The position numbers were made by a program, and so were the translations under genes. The notes under the pieces are model-generated. The model saw nothing but the letters and a program-made list of their open reading frames with translations, was not told the DNA's origin and did not search any database. Below are positions 25,201-38,915 of a DNA stretch of 64,000 bases, piece by piece; position 1 is the stretch's first letter; each line of letters begins with the position of its first letter. The DNA comes from Basidiobolus meristosporus CBS 931.73 (taxonomy: Eukaryota > Fungi > Basidiobolomycota), in the NCBI GenBank assembly GCA_002104905.1, contig MCFE01000085.1, positions 114,076-178,075 of the forward strand, given 5' to 3'.

Positions 25201-26655
25201 TGGAGCTTGAATGGTGACACCGGCAGTGGTGGTTTCGTAAACGTGCTCATAACGGCCATCATATCGAGAAACATCTAGATTGCAGTATTAGCCAAGCAAC
25301 TACGTAGTCTAATGCGAAGCGCACTATATCACCTGTACTGGTGCCACCCATATCGAAACCAATCACCGGGGTATTCTCGTCCTCGTCAAAACAGGTGAGT
25401 GCATATCCAACAACCCCGGCCGCAGGGCCAGATAAAATGGCTCTAAAGCCGGAAAACGCATCAACTGGCGTGAGGCCACCGTCAGACTGCATAAACTGCA
25501 ATGAGACATTCTTCAAGTTCTCGTCGAACCCCGAGGTAAAACCATCAATGTATTTCTTGATGCATGGAGTTAGATAAGCATCGGCGGTGGCTGAATCTCC
25601 TCTTGGAACTATCTTGATCATAGGCATGATGGACGACGACAAAGTGACGTGCGAAAATCCAATTTGACTAGCAAGCTCTCCAATGGATTGCTCATGTTCT
25701 AGTTGAATGCGTAAGGTTAGGCCTATTGCTGATCAATGCCACAAAAGACAGTCTTACCAGGATATGTATATGAATGCATAGTACAGACTGCGATACTGCG
25801 GAACCCCTCTTCGTAGAGTTGGGTGAGATCTTGCCTCACCTTGTCCATATCTTGCAAATGGATGAGTCAATATCCTAATTGTTAATTGTGTGTATGCATA
25901 CCTGGCTTTTTAAGTATACGGACGTATTCTCCGGATATTCCCTTGACAATATCACTATCATCAGTGTTGACATTCTCTTGCTCGGCAAGGCCTTTCGGGC
26001 TTGAGGTGTACCCGATTAAAGTGATTCTAGAATAGCATTTATGAGCGTTTGTCCCGAGGGAAATGTATCGCCAACTAACCTTTCGTCGATTTCAACCACC
26101 TTTTGGTACAGAACCTCAGGCTTCTGTATAGAAAGGTCGAATATTCTCGGGCGAGATTGATTTCCTTAGATGCGCACCAGATAAATATTGGCATTGCAGG
26201 ATGCAAGAAACAATAAATTTCATCAATACCTATATTGAGCAAATCCTTGAACCCTTTAGTGATGAGCAACGCGCAGCGCTCACCATTTCGCTCTAGCAGT
26301 GCATTGGTAGCAACTGTGGTGCCCATGCGGATCGATTCTGGAAGGAAAACCAACGTCAAACAACGCTTAAGCCAGAATCCATGCTCAAAAGGCATATACC
26401 GATCAAGGAGGTGTCTACTAAATTCTCCCGTGGGTGAGGTTTGCCAGTTGCAATCTCTAGAATGCGACGAATCCCTTCACGGGGTGCGTCAGGATAGTTT
26501 TGTGGGTCAACACTTAGTAGCTTCAATACTACATTCTTTCGGCCGTTTGGGTAGTCTTCCGACTTCGGCACTGGTATAGAGGCTACGCAATCGGTGAAAG
26601 TGCCGCCTCTATCAATGCAGATACGAATGCCCTCTTTTCTTTCTTGAACTGGCAT
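22250..26655 (-). CDS. OXP1: ATP-dependent 5-oxoprolinase (hydantoinase A/B fusion)
   Basis: [120 protein letters not shown]. Confidence 0.95.
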
Positions 26656-26982
26656 AACTGCAATATTGGCTTGGGTACTAAATGTGCTTGGAGAAGTTAT
26701 ATAGCACCACACTAGAATTTATGGCTTGGATCAAACGCATGTAGATCGAGATTTGCTGTGATATCAATATTACTCCATGATTACTAATGCTATCCATTGT
26801 AGTACACCACTAATTCAGTAGGTGGCTTATTTCACCTCGGTTGACCGGATTTAATCAAGATCTTAAGCACGATTGGAACTCAACGGCGTAGGGTTAGGGT
26901 AAGGCCAGGGAAAATTTTGTTTACTATTCTGTATTTGAACAATAGTTGCCTCGAAAGGCGAAAGGACTTGGATTTACCCATT

Positions 26983-27849
26983 ATGTCGCTTGCGATATTC
27001 AGACGCTTACCGCTCATCCGCGCACACAAGCCAGTTGCCAGCAAATGCTTCGGAACTCTTAGCAGTTTATACAGTAAGAGTGGGTCGAGTAACGAAGGGG
27101 TTTCCGAGCCTACCGGTGGCTTTCGGAGAACTGTGGATTTACATGAATTTGTCAAAGACCAATACATGATCCCGGGGAAATTCCTGCATTTTTTTCAAGA
27201 CCGGAAGCGACCAAGAACCATGAGGGAGAGTAAGGTAAGTGAACAATTCCCCTCCTCCTGAATCGTGGCTTTGTATTGATTTCTCTCTCCAGACCGAAGA
27301 TACAGTTAAAAAGGTGGGCTCGAAACGGAGCGGCTTTAAAAAGATCGAGGTCGAGTATTCGGATACGCTTCGGAAGCAAATCGCCAACACTATAAGGAAG
27401 GCTACCCTCAAAGCCATGGCAACCAGCAAAGTACCGCACCAATATCTACACTCGGTAAATTGGGACTTGGTCGAGGTAGTTTGGTTCATTTTTTGGACTG
27501 ATACGAAGTTGCTCCGGTATTTACAGCATATTTCATCCAGGTATCACTCTCAGACGACCTGAAAAAGGCCAAGATCTGGTGGAGACCTGCTATACCGGAC
27601 GGTGAAAATATAGATGAGGTATGTCGTGATTGGACTGTGTGGCTAGGATCGGCTAGAGTTGACTGATACTATGTGCCTTAGGAAATGATGGAAGAGCTGT
27701 TTCAAGCTTATGAAAGGCCTTTGTGTTCTATGGTTTACCGGCATCTTCCTATGAGAAAGCCTCCGATCATATCGTTTGTAAAAGAAGATGCTTACAAAGA
27801 TGAAACAGAGAGATTACTAGAGAAGATTGCTAAAGAAACATCAAACTGA
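26983..27849 (+). CDS. RBFA: Ribosome-binding factor A (RbfA)-like protein with a predicted mitochondrial targeting presequence; 4 exons
   Basis: R/S/L-rich, acid-poor N-terminus. Spliced product ...QIANTIRKATLKAM...WDLVEVSLSDDLKKAKIWW...LCSMVYRHLPMRKPPIISFVKED...ETERLLEKI follows the RbfA KH-fold pattern (xxVxLSxDLxxAKVY...LxxxxxPxLxFxxD). Confidence 0.7.
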
Positions 27850-28216
27850 TCGCAAATCAACCATTCATCCATGTCTCGTACTGTTGTAAATTTCATAAAA
27901 AGACGATTTCCGATGAGAGCACTATCCTTTGACGACTATGTCATAGAAACTGGCTTCTAAAGCACCACTCCATTACTTGCAGGCAATGTACAGTTTTGTT
28001 GAACTCATGACAATTTGTTCCACCCAACGGCAATGCAACTCCATGTAACCCCAGCGTGAATTCAACAATAGTGAAGATGGATTTGTTTGTTGTGTAGTTG
28101 ATTCCGAAGCCCCTTCAAGCTTTGAGCATAGCTATAAAATCGAGTGCGCTTAGCATGGACCGAACCAAAATATTTCACCCCAATCGATATTCTTATCCAT
28201 AGTGAGTTCAATTTAG

Positions 28217-28717
28217 ATGCATCAATCTAAAATCTTATGGATGTTGATGATGCTGTTCTTGGCACTTCATACGGCCTCACAGTCGTTCAATGATGGGTTT
28301 GTTGAGGATGTGGGCCGCAGAGCAACCATGAGGAGAGAAGATTTCAGACCTAGGCGTGGATCATTTCGTAGTGTTGAACTTGAGGAAGAGGATTTGGAGC
28401 TGGATGAGATCGATGATGAACCCCATAACAGACACGAGGAGCAAGTTCAACCCCCAAATCGTAGACCAAGGATTGATATGGGTAGAAATAAGAGAATAGA
28501 TCGAACAGGCCCCCCTCGTGACAGACCGAATATACGTGAGGAGCCATCTTCGCCGGAGGAGGAGCCTGAAGAAGCAAACAACACGGAGGAAGTCAAGTTT
28601 GTGAACACTCCTATCAAGAACCCGAAGGACTGCGTTATTTTGGCCTTGAATAATGGAGCCGCATGCCTTGATCCGAAATCGTTTGGAAAAGGAAAGCCAC
28701 CAGCACCGCCAGCATGA
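28217..28717 (+). CDS. Intronless orphan protein (166 aa) with an N-terminal signal peptide, acidic/Arg-rich middle and a 2-Cys C-terminus
   Basis: ATG-initiated ORF filling the RBFA-DOP1 gap. Hydrophobic LWMLMMLFLALHTA stretch; dibasic sites RR (x4) and KR. Confidence 0.65.
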   Translation: MHQSKILWMLMMLFLALHTASQSFNDGFVEDVGRRATMRREDFRPRRGSFRSVELEEEDLELDEIDDEPHNRHEEQVQPPNRRPRIDMGRNKRIDRTGPPRDRPNIREEPSSPEEEPEEANNTEEVKFVNTPIKNPKDCVILALNNGAACLDPKSFGKGKPPAPPA

Positions 28718-28804
28718 ATGATACCTTATATATGCCAATAACTACCAACTACCATATTGTCAAGTCGATTAAAGAGGCCAAAATTTATTAACAAAAGCAA
28801 TAGT

Positions 28805-31800
28805 CTATTCATCATGCTCGATAAGATCGTTCTCAATCAATTTCTCAATAAACGAAATGTCCGGCTTATTTAACGAGTAGGTGTCTTGATATACGTGAAG
28901 ACTGATGTATTTTACGAAGAAGCTCAGTTCACTTGCTTTGGTGATCCTTCTCATGTGCAGCATAGGCCGTTTGCTCTTCAAGGACGTCGAGGTCAGTTCG
29001 GCAACCTGGGTCAGCTCCTGTGAGAACAAGGTAAGTGTGGGTCCGACTGATGCTACCATGCTCCCCAACATATACCTGGTTGGCCATTTCTACGGAATTC
29101 TCCGATATCTTTGGATCGATCTTTTCCAACAACCCATGCGACGCAGCCGAAACTTTCGAAACATCCACACCATCAGTGATGAAAATCCATTGATGTCTGA
29201 ATGGGCGGTGTCAGTACAAGGGGCAAGCTGCTTCATGCCACACGAATAACTTACATTTGAAATTCATCAGTGCCAAGAGTGAACACAAGGTCCAGGAACT
29301 TACAGGCAGCCAGCATTAGATCACACTGCAGCGAATTTTCCACGCCTTTTTGACGGAACATCTCAAACAATCGAATCTGCAATCGAGCCTCGCATTAGCG
29401 AGGATTCACTACCGCACCAACTTCAATAACTTACCAACTCAGTTAACAACACGGGCCAGAAATTGGCCAGGTGGCGAGGTGCGATTCTGACAAGAAGCAC
29501 CCGTAAACACAGATATATCTGCAGTACACCAGTTACCAGATGAGCCAATCGCAATAGTTCGAAAGAGAACATTTACCTCCACATGTACCAACTCTTCCGC
29601 ATTGGATTTCACTAATTCCACCAACTTCTCTTGGATCGTTGGAAGGATGGAGAGGTATTGGTCGTGAGTACCCGAAAAGATGATAAACGAGAGGCGACGG
29701 AGCATTTGGACCCTGTTCAACATTTCCTGCTCCTTACTGCTGAACAACGCTGAGGGCGATGCGGTGATTTTACCTTGAATAAAATGGGTGAATAACCAAA
29801 CTCAGAGCCCATCAACCAGGTCTGTATCTCTACCTAGGACTTCAGCGAACCGCTCCTTTTCGTAAGAGATGGTAGATTGAATCATTTTGCTCCATTTGCG
29901 CGAGAGCTCCGGATACAAGGGGAAGAACTGGGTGTCCATGAAGTAGTCCCACACTTCCTTTCGCCAGATTTTGTATGTAGACGAGTTCCTGCTGGCTGCC
30001 AACAGGATATCAAGTACAGCTTCCATGTAATGGCTGTTGCTGCGTACAAAACAACCGCGGGTTAGATCAAAAGACCGATCTGATCTGACTTGATGATTAC
30101 AATACCTAGTAGGGCTCTTCAACACTGGTGAGATGATATAGTAGACCAGGTTAGAGAAGATGGTGGTGATCCGGTCCTGCTCGCCAAGAAGATTGTTGAG
30201 GTTGGGTATGACATCGGTAGCTATGTATTCCATAAGCTAAACAGACAGCGGTGAGATTTTCGATTGGAAGCGGACTTCCCCGGAGCAACTTACATTTTGG
30301 AACATCCGAATCTCTCTCTCCCTCAAAAACTGCTCCGTCTCTCTCGGGATTTTATCGCTCAGATCTCTTGTGTACTTTGTTTGCAGCGCTTGGACTTTGA
30401 AAGAACATCGTCAATAGCTGCGATGCTAGTATTGAGGGGGCACACTTACGCTGATACTGGTCGACTAAATCATCCACTTCCCTGGTGGATTTTCGAGACC
30501 ACATCCCCAAGCTAAACAATTTTCCGACCAAGAGAATCGAGTAATCAAGGATGCGTTGGTACACGTCCTATGCAGAGTTGACTTGAGTTGACTTGGATAT
30601 CCATATAGAATAGTGGATGAAACTCATACCCGTGCTTCGCGGTGAATCTTACGCTCCGAGATGATGGTTGAGGACAGCTTCAAGTACACGGTGGTGAGTA
30701 ATCTGCGCCAACAAAAAGGTTATCGCTCGGTGGGTCAGAGAGAAGCTCAAGAGTGACCTACCTTAATATATGAGGAAAGATGAATTTGTGACCCGACGGG
30801 TTATGAAAGTACTCTCTGGCGAATCGAATACAATAATTCCATATATCGACCGAGGCATCAGACTCCAGTTCCATCTGGCAATAAGACTCCAGATATTTGA
30901 TAATGGCCAGGCTGTTTAGTTCGGAGAAGTCGTTGGCTTTCTTTCCCTTGTGTTGTGTGGCCGTCCGTTTTCTAACACTTTCCAGCAGAGTAGGTATAAC
31001 AAAATCTGGTTTGGCCTTCGGTAAAGATCTAAAGAGCTCAATACTGGTGTTGTCAATGGGCTCCTTTGTCTGTCGGAGGCAACATTAGTGGTGTGCTACA
31101 TGCACAAGCCCATAGTTTAGACCAACCTCGGCTGATATCACGGACAGGTTGTTTAGAACCCATATGCCGGCAAAAGCTTCAGATACTTCGATTGGCTGAA
31201 TAGTATACAATCGGAAGAGGAACATCTTTAAGCAGCTACAAATCTTATTTTTTGAGGGGTCGGCAGTCGTTACAAGGCCATCGTGTTTCTTGCCCTCGTC
31301 CTGGGTGATCCTCCGAACGACCAGCCATGTGGTATACAGTATGTCATGGATGTTAAAGAGCTTTTGGAGCACAACTTCGCGCATCTGTTGAAACATTGTT
31401 AGGAAATAGTGGGATGTTTGAAGAGATCAAGCGAGGCTACCTTCTGTCTGGTATTTGCGGTGGTATTGTTGCTGAACTGGTATGGCGAGTCCCAAAATTC
31501 AATGTAGGGCTCGCGATTCTTGGATTTGAACAGCCTGTCCCATGCCACAGAACCATTCAAGGCGTATACGCTAATTTTGTCAAGCCCTTCCAACAGTGCG
31601 ATGATCTGCTCACTAATTGAGTACGCATCTAGCGAAAGCCCCTCGACTTGGCCGGGTCCTTGAAGCTTCTCAACCACCATAGTGATCTGCGAGCAGATGC
31701 AGTTTATCAACGCCTCGACTACATGAGTAGTGAACTCATCGATACACGGTAGTGTTACGACGATAAAATGGAACCAGTCGTAGATAATACTAGAATTAAA

Positions 31801-34800
31801 CTGCGTTGAAATTGCATCAATTAATACGTCGGTAAATATGGATATTGGATGTGGCGATGTTCGGCCGGCCGCCTTGTGATTCTCTGTTGGACGGGGTGCG
31901 AAGTCTTCATGCTCCACCGAAACCAGATCGTCGAACTCATCAGTCTCAGCTGGAGGGTTGGCCGGGTGCGAAATCTGGGGCATAGCCGCTCGTTTCTTTA
32001 CCGATTCCCGAGATAAAGGGGCCAGGTTCAGCACGATATAGAGCAAGGGCAACAAGTATGCTTGGAGTTCAAAATTCCTAGCATCGATGGTTTGTAGTAG
32101 CTTTCTGAACAAAACGTCGCGAATGGTACATGCAAGATTGGAATCCTTCTCATCAGCGTGGCTAACAAAAAGAAACAGGTTGTCGGTGCAGGCACGCTGA
32201 ATATCGTAGTTCAGATGGTGCACAGGCTCAGGGCATTCGGTGGAAAATTCGCTTTGTAGGAAGCGAAGCGAAGCGGCTACAACGATGTGCAAATAGGAAA
32301 GATGATCAAGTTCTTCTATGGTATCTAACAGAACTTTGGAGCGCTCAACAAGAGTTTCATTGCGGACTTGGGTATTTCTGAGCACCCGTAAGAAGGAAGA
32401 ACCGCCTAGCTTCCACAACATCTTTATACAGTGGAATCCGTATGCAACCTGGGCTTCGTCAAAGCGGCTTTCGTATTGATAAAAGTGACAAGTATACTCC
32501 CCATGCTGATGTTCGTATGATATCCAAGATAGATATGGGTCCAGTAAAACCATAGTCAAAATCTCTAAAAAGCTGCTCATCATTGCGATTAGGTCGCTTG
32601 AAGAAACCTGAATATTACTATGAGCAATACCTTTGATGTAGGTGCTGATGGGCAAAGACATGAGAGCGAATCCAGCTCTGAGCAATTCGTGATATTCTAG
32701 GTTCATCATCCTGGAGTGATCCCAAAACAACGAGAAGAGAGCGTGCAAGAACCAAATGGGAGCCATGACGATCAACTAGAATAGAATTTGGACATCAGAA
32801 AGTGGCCACAAAGAAATAATTGGATAAGCCCTACCTGAATGACTCCAAAACACGCTGAATATTTCGAAGGCCTTTATACGAGCCTGGATGGTTTGAGGAG
32901 TCAGCAACTTGGTAACTGCGTTCGGTAAGCAATGGTCACTGGACAAGGTGTGAGCCATCCAAATTAGCTCAACGACTCTGGAGTGTTGCCAAACGTGGTC
33001 TGGGACCAGGAATTCCCATAGCTAGTGAAGTGTCGTTAAAATCGGTTCAAAGTGCCTCCCCAGTCATGCGATGTCGCGTGGTAATCACCTCATTCACAAA
33101 TCTCTCCAAGAACATGTTTTCCTGGACCTGGGCCTCATCCACACATCGATTTGTTTTCACCAGCTTGTATAAGAAAGTGAAAACAAGGTCTAGCAGCGGA
33201 AGGTCGTGTATCTGGGATAGAGCACTCATTAATATGTGTACAGAGGACCCAGCTCATAAAAGAACCTACCTGAAGACAAAAGAGTTTTATCTGCTGTATG
33301 TGGTCGTTGGCGATGAATGAATCTGCCTCTGTGCCATCGACGATCGTGAGACATAGAATCGCCAACTCTTTTAGGATCGCAGCAAAACGCCCTTCTTGTT
33401 TACTGGACTGGCATGTCTGCAGAATAGAGTTGTATGTGTGGTGGATACAGCTTAGAGCCATATTTGCTAACGAGGGGCCTCCAATTATTTCGAAATCATC
33501 TTCATTGCGTCCCTCATGATAGATTTTCTCCGCAAGTGCTATGATATCTTCGTCGGCCTTTAGGGAGCTATTGGCGATGCCTGGTGAAGGTGAGGATTCC
33601 TTGTTGCTTGATTTTTCCTCATTGTCACTGGAGGAGCCATTTTGCGTGGCAAGAGGCATCTCACGAAATTGGTCGGGTGACATGTTCTTTATAAGGGACA
33701 AGCAAGTTTTGATGATAGATTGCTTGTGAGGTAGCTGCGCAAGATATCCCTCTGGACTTTGGCTTTCCTATTAGATGTACATCAGCAACGGGACAGGTTG
33801 ATTTCAGAGGGGACTCGTACCTTTAGTCTATGTAAAAGCACTAGTAGGAAGAGGGGGAAATGAATGCGCAATGTCTCTGAATCACCAAAGGACACATAAT
33901 TGACGATGAAGTCTACCAGATTCAATATCTGAGTGCACGTTAGTTGTCAACATCCGACGGATAAGTGCAAGGAGTACTAACCACGCTGGAGTTGACGTCC
34001 ATCTCATTTGTTAGGGATGTGTACAGAGTCGACCAGAAGAGCCGTGGCTCAACCATACTTATGAACATGTTTGCAGTTTGATAAAGCTGGATCAAGGCGC
34101 AAACCCATTAGTATCACAGTGAGAATGACGATACCGCCGTTAACTTTACCTCTGATTCCTCATGACCACCATCGTAGTGCATTTTAAGAGAGGATAGGAT
34201 ATCTATGAGCAAATCACGCACAATGAAGTACCCAATCTCCCATTTATCCATCAACGATATCAAAACCTTGTAGGGGCGTTGTAGGTCGATCACACTTGCA
34301 CTTTCCGCGAAAAACATCTCCTATAACCGCCTGCTGTTAGAATCCGAGCGCATCGATATATTTGATCGGAAACTTACTTTCATGGCAGAGAGAAGAATAT
34401 TTTTGGAGTAGGTTTCGAAGTATTCCTGCTGCTGCTTTTGTTCCCCAGGTCCTAATGAGAGCTGGCTTCAGAAAACTGGTTTGTAAGCAGTGGAGCTGAT
34501 CTTCTTCCTTACCTAGCAGCCATGTATACAGTCTACGATTTAATGACATGTCTTTCCTCAAGACAACACCGACCGCGTGAGACATAAGTATTTTAAGGTT
34601 CTCTTCCTCAAAAATCCTAAGAATTCACCAACGTTAAGCAGGGGAATCGCATGTAAACAATTTCAATCCACTACATACTGGGACTGCAAAGGAAATCCAT
34701 TGACCAGAAGTTCGAGAATTCCTCTTTGAACTAAAATATCTTTATCCTCTAAAGTTGCTGATATGGCCCTCACCATAAGACCCGTGTCATTCCCTAGTAA

Positions 34801-35780
34801 AAATGCCACGTCTAGATGATAACAGTTAATATATCTAGCATTCTCTGTTGCACTCAACGCTTCGTACCTTCTAGCGATGTGATTTTGGGCATTCTTTGCG
34901 TCAAGAAATTGATAGCGCAGAACCTCAGTTGAGGGGCAGAGATCATGCACAACCACATAGCCTGATAGAAAGACACTGGCCCCACTACATTGCTTAGCTT
35001 ATCCAGTAGGGCGACAACCTTTATATGCAAGCACTGACTAAGCACGTGCAATAGAATTCTGAGACCTCGAGAGAGTTATTTTACCTTCTCAAACAGTTCG
35101 GTACGCTCCTCCTCTAACCCTGGAAGTAGGGCTAGTATGAAGCTCTTCAAACAAGGACTAAGACTTTTCTCTAGAGGTAGGTAATGCTTTTCAAAGATTT
35201 TAAGCAGCTGCGTCTGTATAAGGAGGAAATGTGTTAGCATTGGTCGAGCTTGTGGTCAGCAGTAGCAATTGGAAAATAGATGACCTTGACAGAAGTCGAA
35301 GCGTTCTGCAAAAAAGGAAACAGGCCATATGAATACAAGTGCAGATCCTCTTCAAGCTGACCACTCTGTGAGAGAGATACAATACATTGGTCAGTTTCTA
35401 ATACATCCATAGGACGATATCCTTACGAGAGGGTATACATACACCGATGCTTTGGAAAATGTACTCGTATACTTCTAGAGTTTTCTGATGAACACCTGCT
35501 GGAAGTGCAGGGTTAAGACATTGAGCAAGCCGCTTCGCTACTACAAGCTTGTGAGGAACAAAGGCGTATTGAGGATACGCTTGAAAAGACTAAGGCATCC
35601 AGTTAGTTCTTGTAAAACACGCCCATCAACACAACCCCTAAAGCGAGCACTTACTTTCAAAAGCCTTCCCAGAAAAGCTATAACATCTGCCCATTCGTTG
35701 ACCGACTCGAACGAATTGAGGATTCTCTCAACGAGCAATATATATTTGTGGTACTTGGAGTCAATTTGTGGTTGCTCCAT
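28805..35780 (-). CDS. DOP1: Dopey/Dop1 (endosome-Golgi trafficking, Mon2 partner)
   Basis: Dopey_N: KYILLVERILNSFESVNEWADVIAFLGRLLK, GVYVCIPSRKDIV, FYQAMWLCMISAPQLR, DKDILVQRGILELL, LRKDMSLNRRLYTWLLG; C-terminal MLRRLSFIIFSG and FFVKYISL..YQDTY. Confidence 0.9.
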
Positions 35781-36109
35781 GGTGTCGAGTTGCTAAAAAC
35801 CACCAGTTCGATTGACCTCACACTAACTACACCAAGTGGACTACTTTCCGCTAAGATATCGTGCAAACAAATCAAGGATTTCAAAGCAATTCAACATTCA
35901 TTTCTACGTCACAAGTGGTTTAAACATGAACCCAGGAGAGCATTAATTAACCCAAACCGCCCACACAAATTACGAGGATAGCGCTTGTGATTGGAGGGAA
36001 TTCGGATCAGTGAGATGATGAGCAGTTAAAAGTTTTGTTCATAAGGCAGGGTGGGCTCCCTCTCCTCCCTAGTTACTCCTTTAGGGCTCTTATTTCAATT
36101 ACAGATTAT

Positions 36110-36176
36110 GTGAGTGCTCATCCATCCGTTCATCCATCCATCCGTCACTAACGCATCTGTTCTCTCTGGATGATAG
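36110..36176 (+). promoter_or_regulatory. Putative 5'-UTR intron of RPS2 ending 3 nt before the ATG
   Basis: gtgagt donor (36110), cactaac branch point, tgatag acceptor (36176), then caaATG. Confidence 0.6.
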
Positions 36177-36179
36177 CAA

Positions 36180-37023
36180 ATGGCTGACTCTGCACCGGCC
36201 GATAGTCGTGGACGCGGTGGTTTTGGACGTGGTCGTGGTGGACGTGGTGGTCGCGGTCGTGGCCGTCGCGGTGGTCGTAAGGACGAAGAAAAAGAATGGT
36301 TGGTTCCCGCTTCAACCGGCCCTGTTACGAAAGTTGAACTAACCGCCAGTGAATTACAGGGTTCCCGTTACCAAGCTTGGTCGTCTCGTCAAAGACGGAA
36401 AGATCAAGTCTATTGAGCAAATCTATCTTTTCTCCCTCCCTGTTAAGGAATATCAAATCATTGATTACTTCCTTCCTACCCTCAAGGATGAAGTTATCAA
36501 GATTATGCCTGTACAGAAGCAGACCACTGCTGGTCAAAGAACCCGTTTCAAGGCCTTTGTCATCATCGGTGATTCTAACGGACACGTCGGACTTGGTGTC
36601 AAGTGTGCCAAGGAAGTCGCCACCGCCATTCGTGGTGCCATCATCCTTGCCAAATTGAGCATCATTCCCGTTCGCAGAGGTTACTGGGGTTCTACCCTTG
36701 GTATGCCCCACACTGTTCCCGCCAAGGTCTCCGGAAAGTGTGGTTCTACTGTTGCTCGCCTTGTCCCTGCCCCCCGTGGTACTGGCATTGTCGCTGCCCC
36801 TACCCCCAAGAAGGTCTTGCAATTGGCCGGTATTACTGACTGTTATACCACTGCCCGTGGTTCCACCCGTACTTTGGGCAACTTTGTCAAGGCTACTTTC
36901 GCTGCTATCGGCAACACCTACACTTTCTTGACCCCCGATTTGTGGGCCGAGACCAAGTACAGCGTCGCTCCTTATCAGGAATTCTCTGACTATTTGAGCA
37001 AGGCACAAGACAAAAAGTACTAG
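36180..37023 (+). CDS. RPS2: 40S ribosomal protein uS5 (S2); 2 coding exons
   Basis: RGG-rich N-terminus, KEW|[41 protein letters not shown]. Confidence 0.97.
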
Positions 37024-37166
37024 GTGAATAGCTTTGACCGATGTTGCAAATTCCCTCGAAATAAATAATTGGAACGAATCCTACATCATTCAAAGTGTTT
37101 ATTATGTTGTTCTAAGGCCAAATTATCAGAATACATATGATATATCTAAGGAAACTCCATGCCTCC

Positions 37167-38723
37167 CTAATGCTTCTTTCTTCCTGTTCTTCTACGCGCA
37201 TGGTTGGGATTTTTCTTTCCAAACCCAATGGTTGGCATGCCGTTGCTGTCACGTCCCGCACCAGACACTAGCTTGGGAACGTAGTCAGGGTCGAATACAT
37301 CGACGGTATCCTTCTTTCTGCTGAACCTCAAGGCCATCTCGTATTCACGTTGATCTTCTCTCAAAATGATATTGTTGGATTTCTTTCCACTTTTGGGGAG
37401 AGGAATGGAGTACTATAAGCAAGATGACTTGGTTTAGCGTCATGTAGATGTAGGAATAGCACATGGGCGTGGTGATATTATACACACCTGAGTCCCACGG
37501 TTGTTGTATTGGAAGTTCTTCTTGAGGTAATATGTGACATTGCCGAACTCATCCACGCTGGTTGAGGTTCTCATGAGAGTGTTGTTCCCGCAACTGGGGC
37601 AGAATTTCTTCTCCATGTTTGTAGTGACCCTTGAGGGAAAATCGTTAGCTTGAGTAATAGCAATAAAGGCCTTAGTTGAAATTAGCTACTTAAAGCAAGC
37701 ATGGCAACGCAAGACCCATGTCTTGATTTGCTTGATGATAATACCATCGACTGAGATGAGCTTCAATCCTTGTTGTAGAAGAACGTTCTTCGGTACTCTG
37801 ATTAGCTTGCTATTCACAGCATGTTCCGATTAACCTGCACTTACTTGCATAGCAAAATCGGTGGTGATGCAGGCCACTTTAACAGGCTCTTCAGGAGCAT
37901 CGACGCCAGCAGCGCCAGCATCATTTCGCTTAAACTTGGAGATGTTATCGGGAGTGATCCAACCGTCATCGTCGTCATCGTCGTTGTTGTTGCTTTCCTC
38001 AGTAACTGGCTCTGGTTGTTTTGTCGAATCCTCTTGGTCCTCGCTGCTCTCACTGAGAGTAACCTTCTCGGTTAATTCCGATAATTCAGTGTCAACCTTA
38101 TCTTGAGATTCTGAAATAGGTGGTTAACAGACTAGCATGGTTAAGTAATAGTGATACGACGTGTATACCATCGACTTGGCTTTCAGCAGCCGGTTCCTCC
38201 GGCTTCGGAGCAACAGGCTTTCCTTTCTGTGTGTGAGCCTATTCCGAAAATCCTTTAGCTAAACCCACGACTATATGGCCAAACTAGATACCATACCTTA
38301 GTGGGCTCGGTTTTCAAATGTTCGATACCGACTTGCTCTTTCTCAAACATGTAAGCGAGAGCTAATACTTTAAGATCTACCGCTGACAAGGTAGCATAAT
38401 CGCCAGTCTTTCTAGCAAAAGCAGCGACTAAAGTAGCAGAGTAAAATTAGCAAGCTATTAAGTTCGTTGTATCCCGATAGAAACTATAGTCTACCGGCTT
38501 GGAGAGCTTCATCGGAAGGGATTCTGACTTTGAGGTCGAAGGGAAGTTGGGCAAGCAATTGACGGGATTGTCTATCCCTGATTTCGGCAAATACTTCGGG
38601 GATGGTATAGAAATGATCCGCAAGATGACCGATTTTTCCGCCCTTAAGAATAGGACCGGAATCTACAATCAAGTAGTTGACCTTTTGTGGCTCCTTGGGG
38701 AGGTCGTGATTTCCAAAACTCAT
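37167..38723 (-). CDS. NOB1: 20S pre-rRNA D-site endonuclease Nob1 (PIN domain + Zn ribbon)
   Basis: YLIVDSGPILKG..FYTIPEVFAEIRD, GDYATLSAVDLKVLALAY, DDGGWITP, TWVLRCHAC, FCPSCGNNTL, C-terminal GFGKKNPN. Confidence 0.92.
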
Positions 38724-38915
38724 TTCAAAGAATATCAAGAGGACTTGCGACCAATTTCCAAGAAGTTATATTAATTATTTCTTTTTTTTACAACTCTTCA
38801 AGCCGACTTTTTTTCGAAATGGGTGGATTCTGTTCAAGATTAACCATCGACATAAACATGGATGATTTATTATGCAAAATCAAAAGAATAATCGGGAATT
38901 GTTGCAAGACGATGT

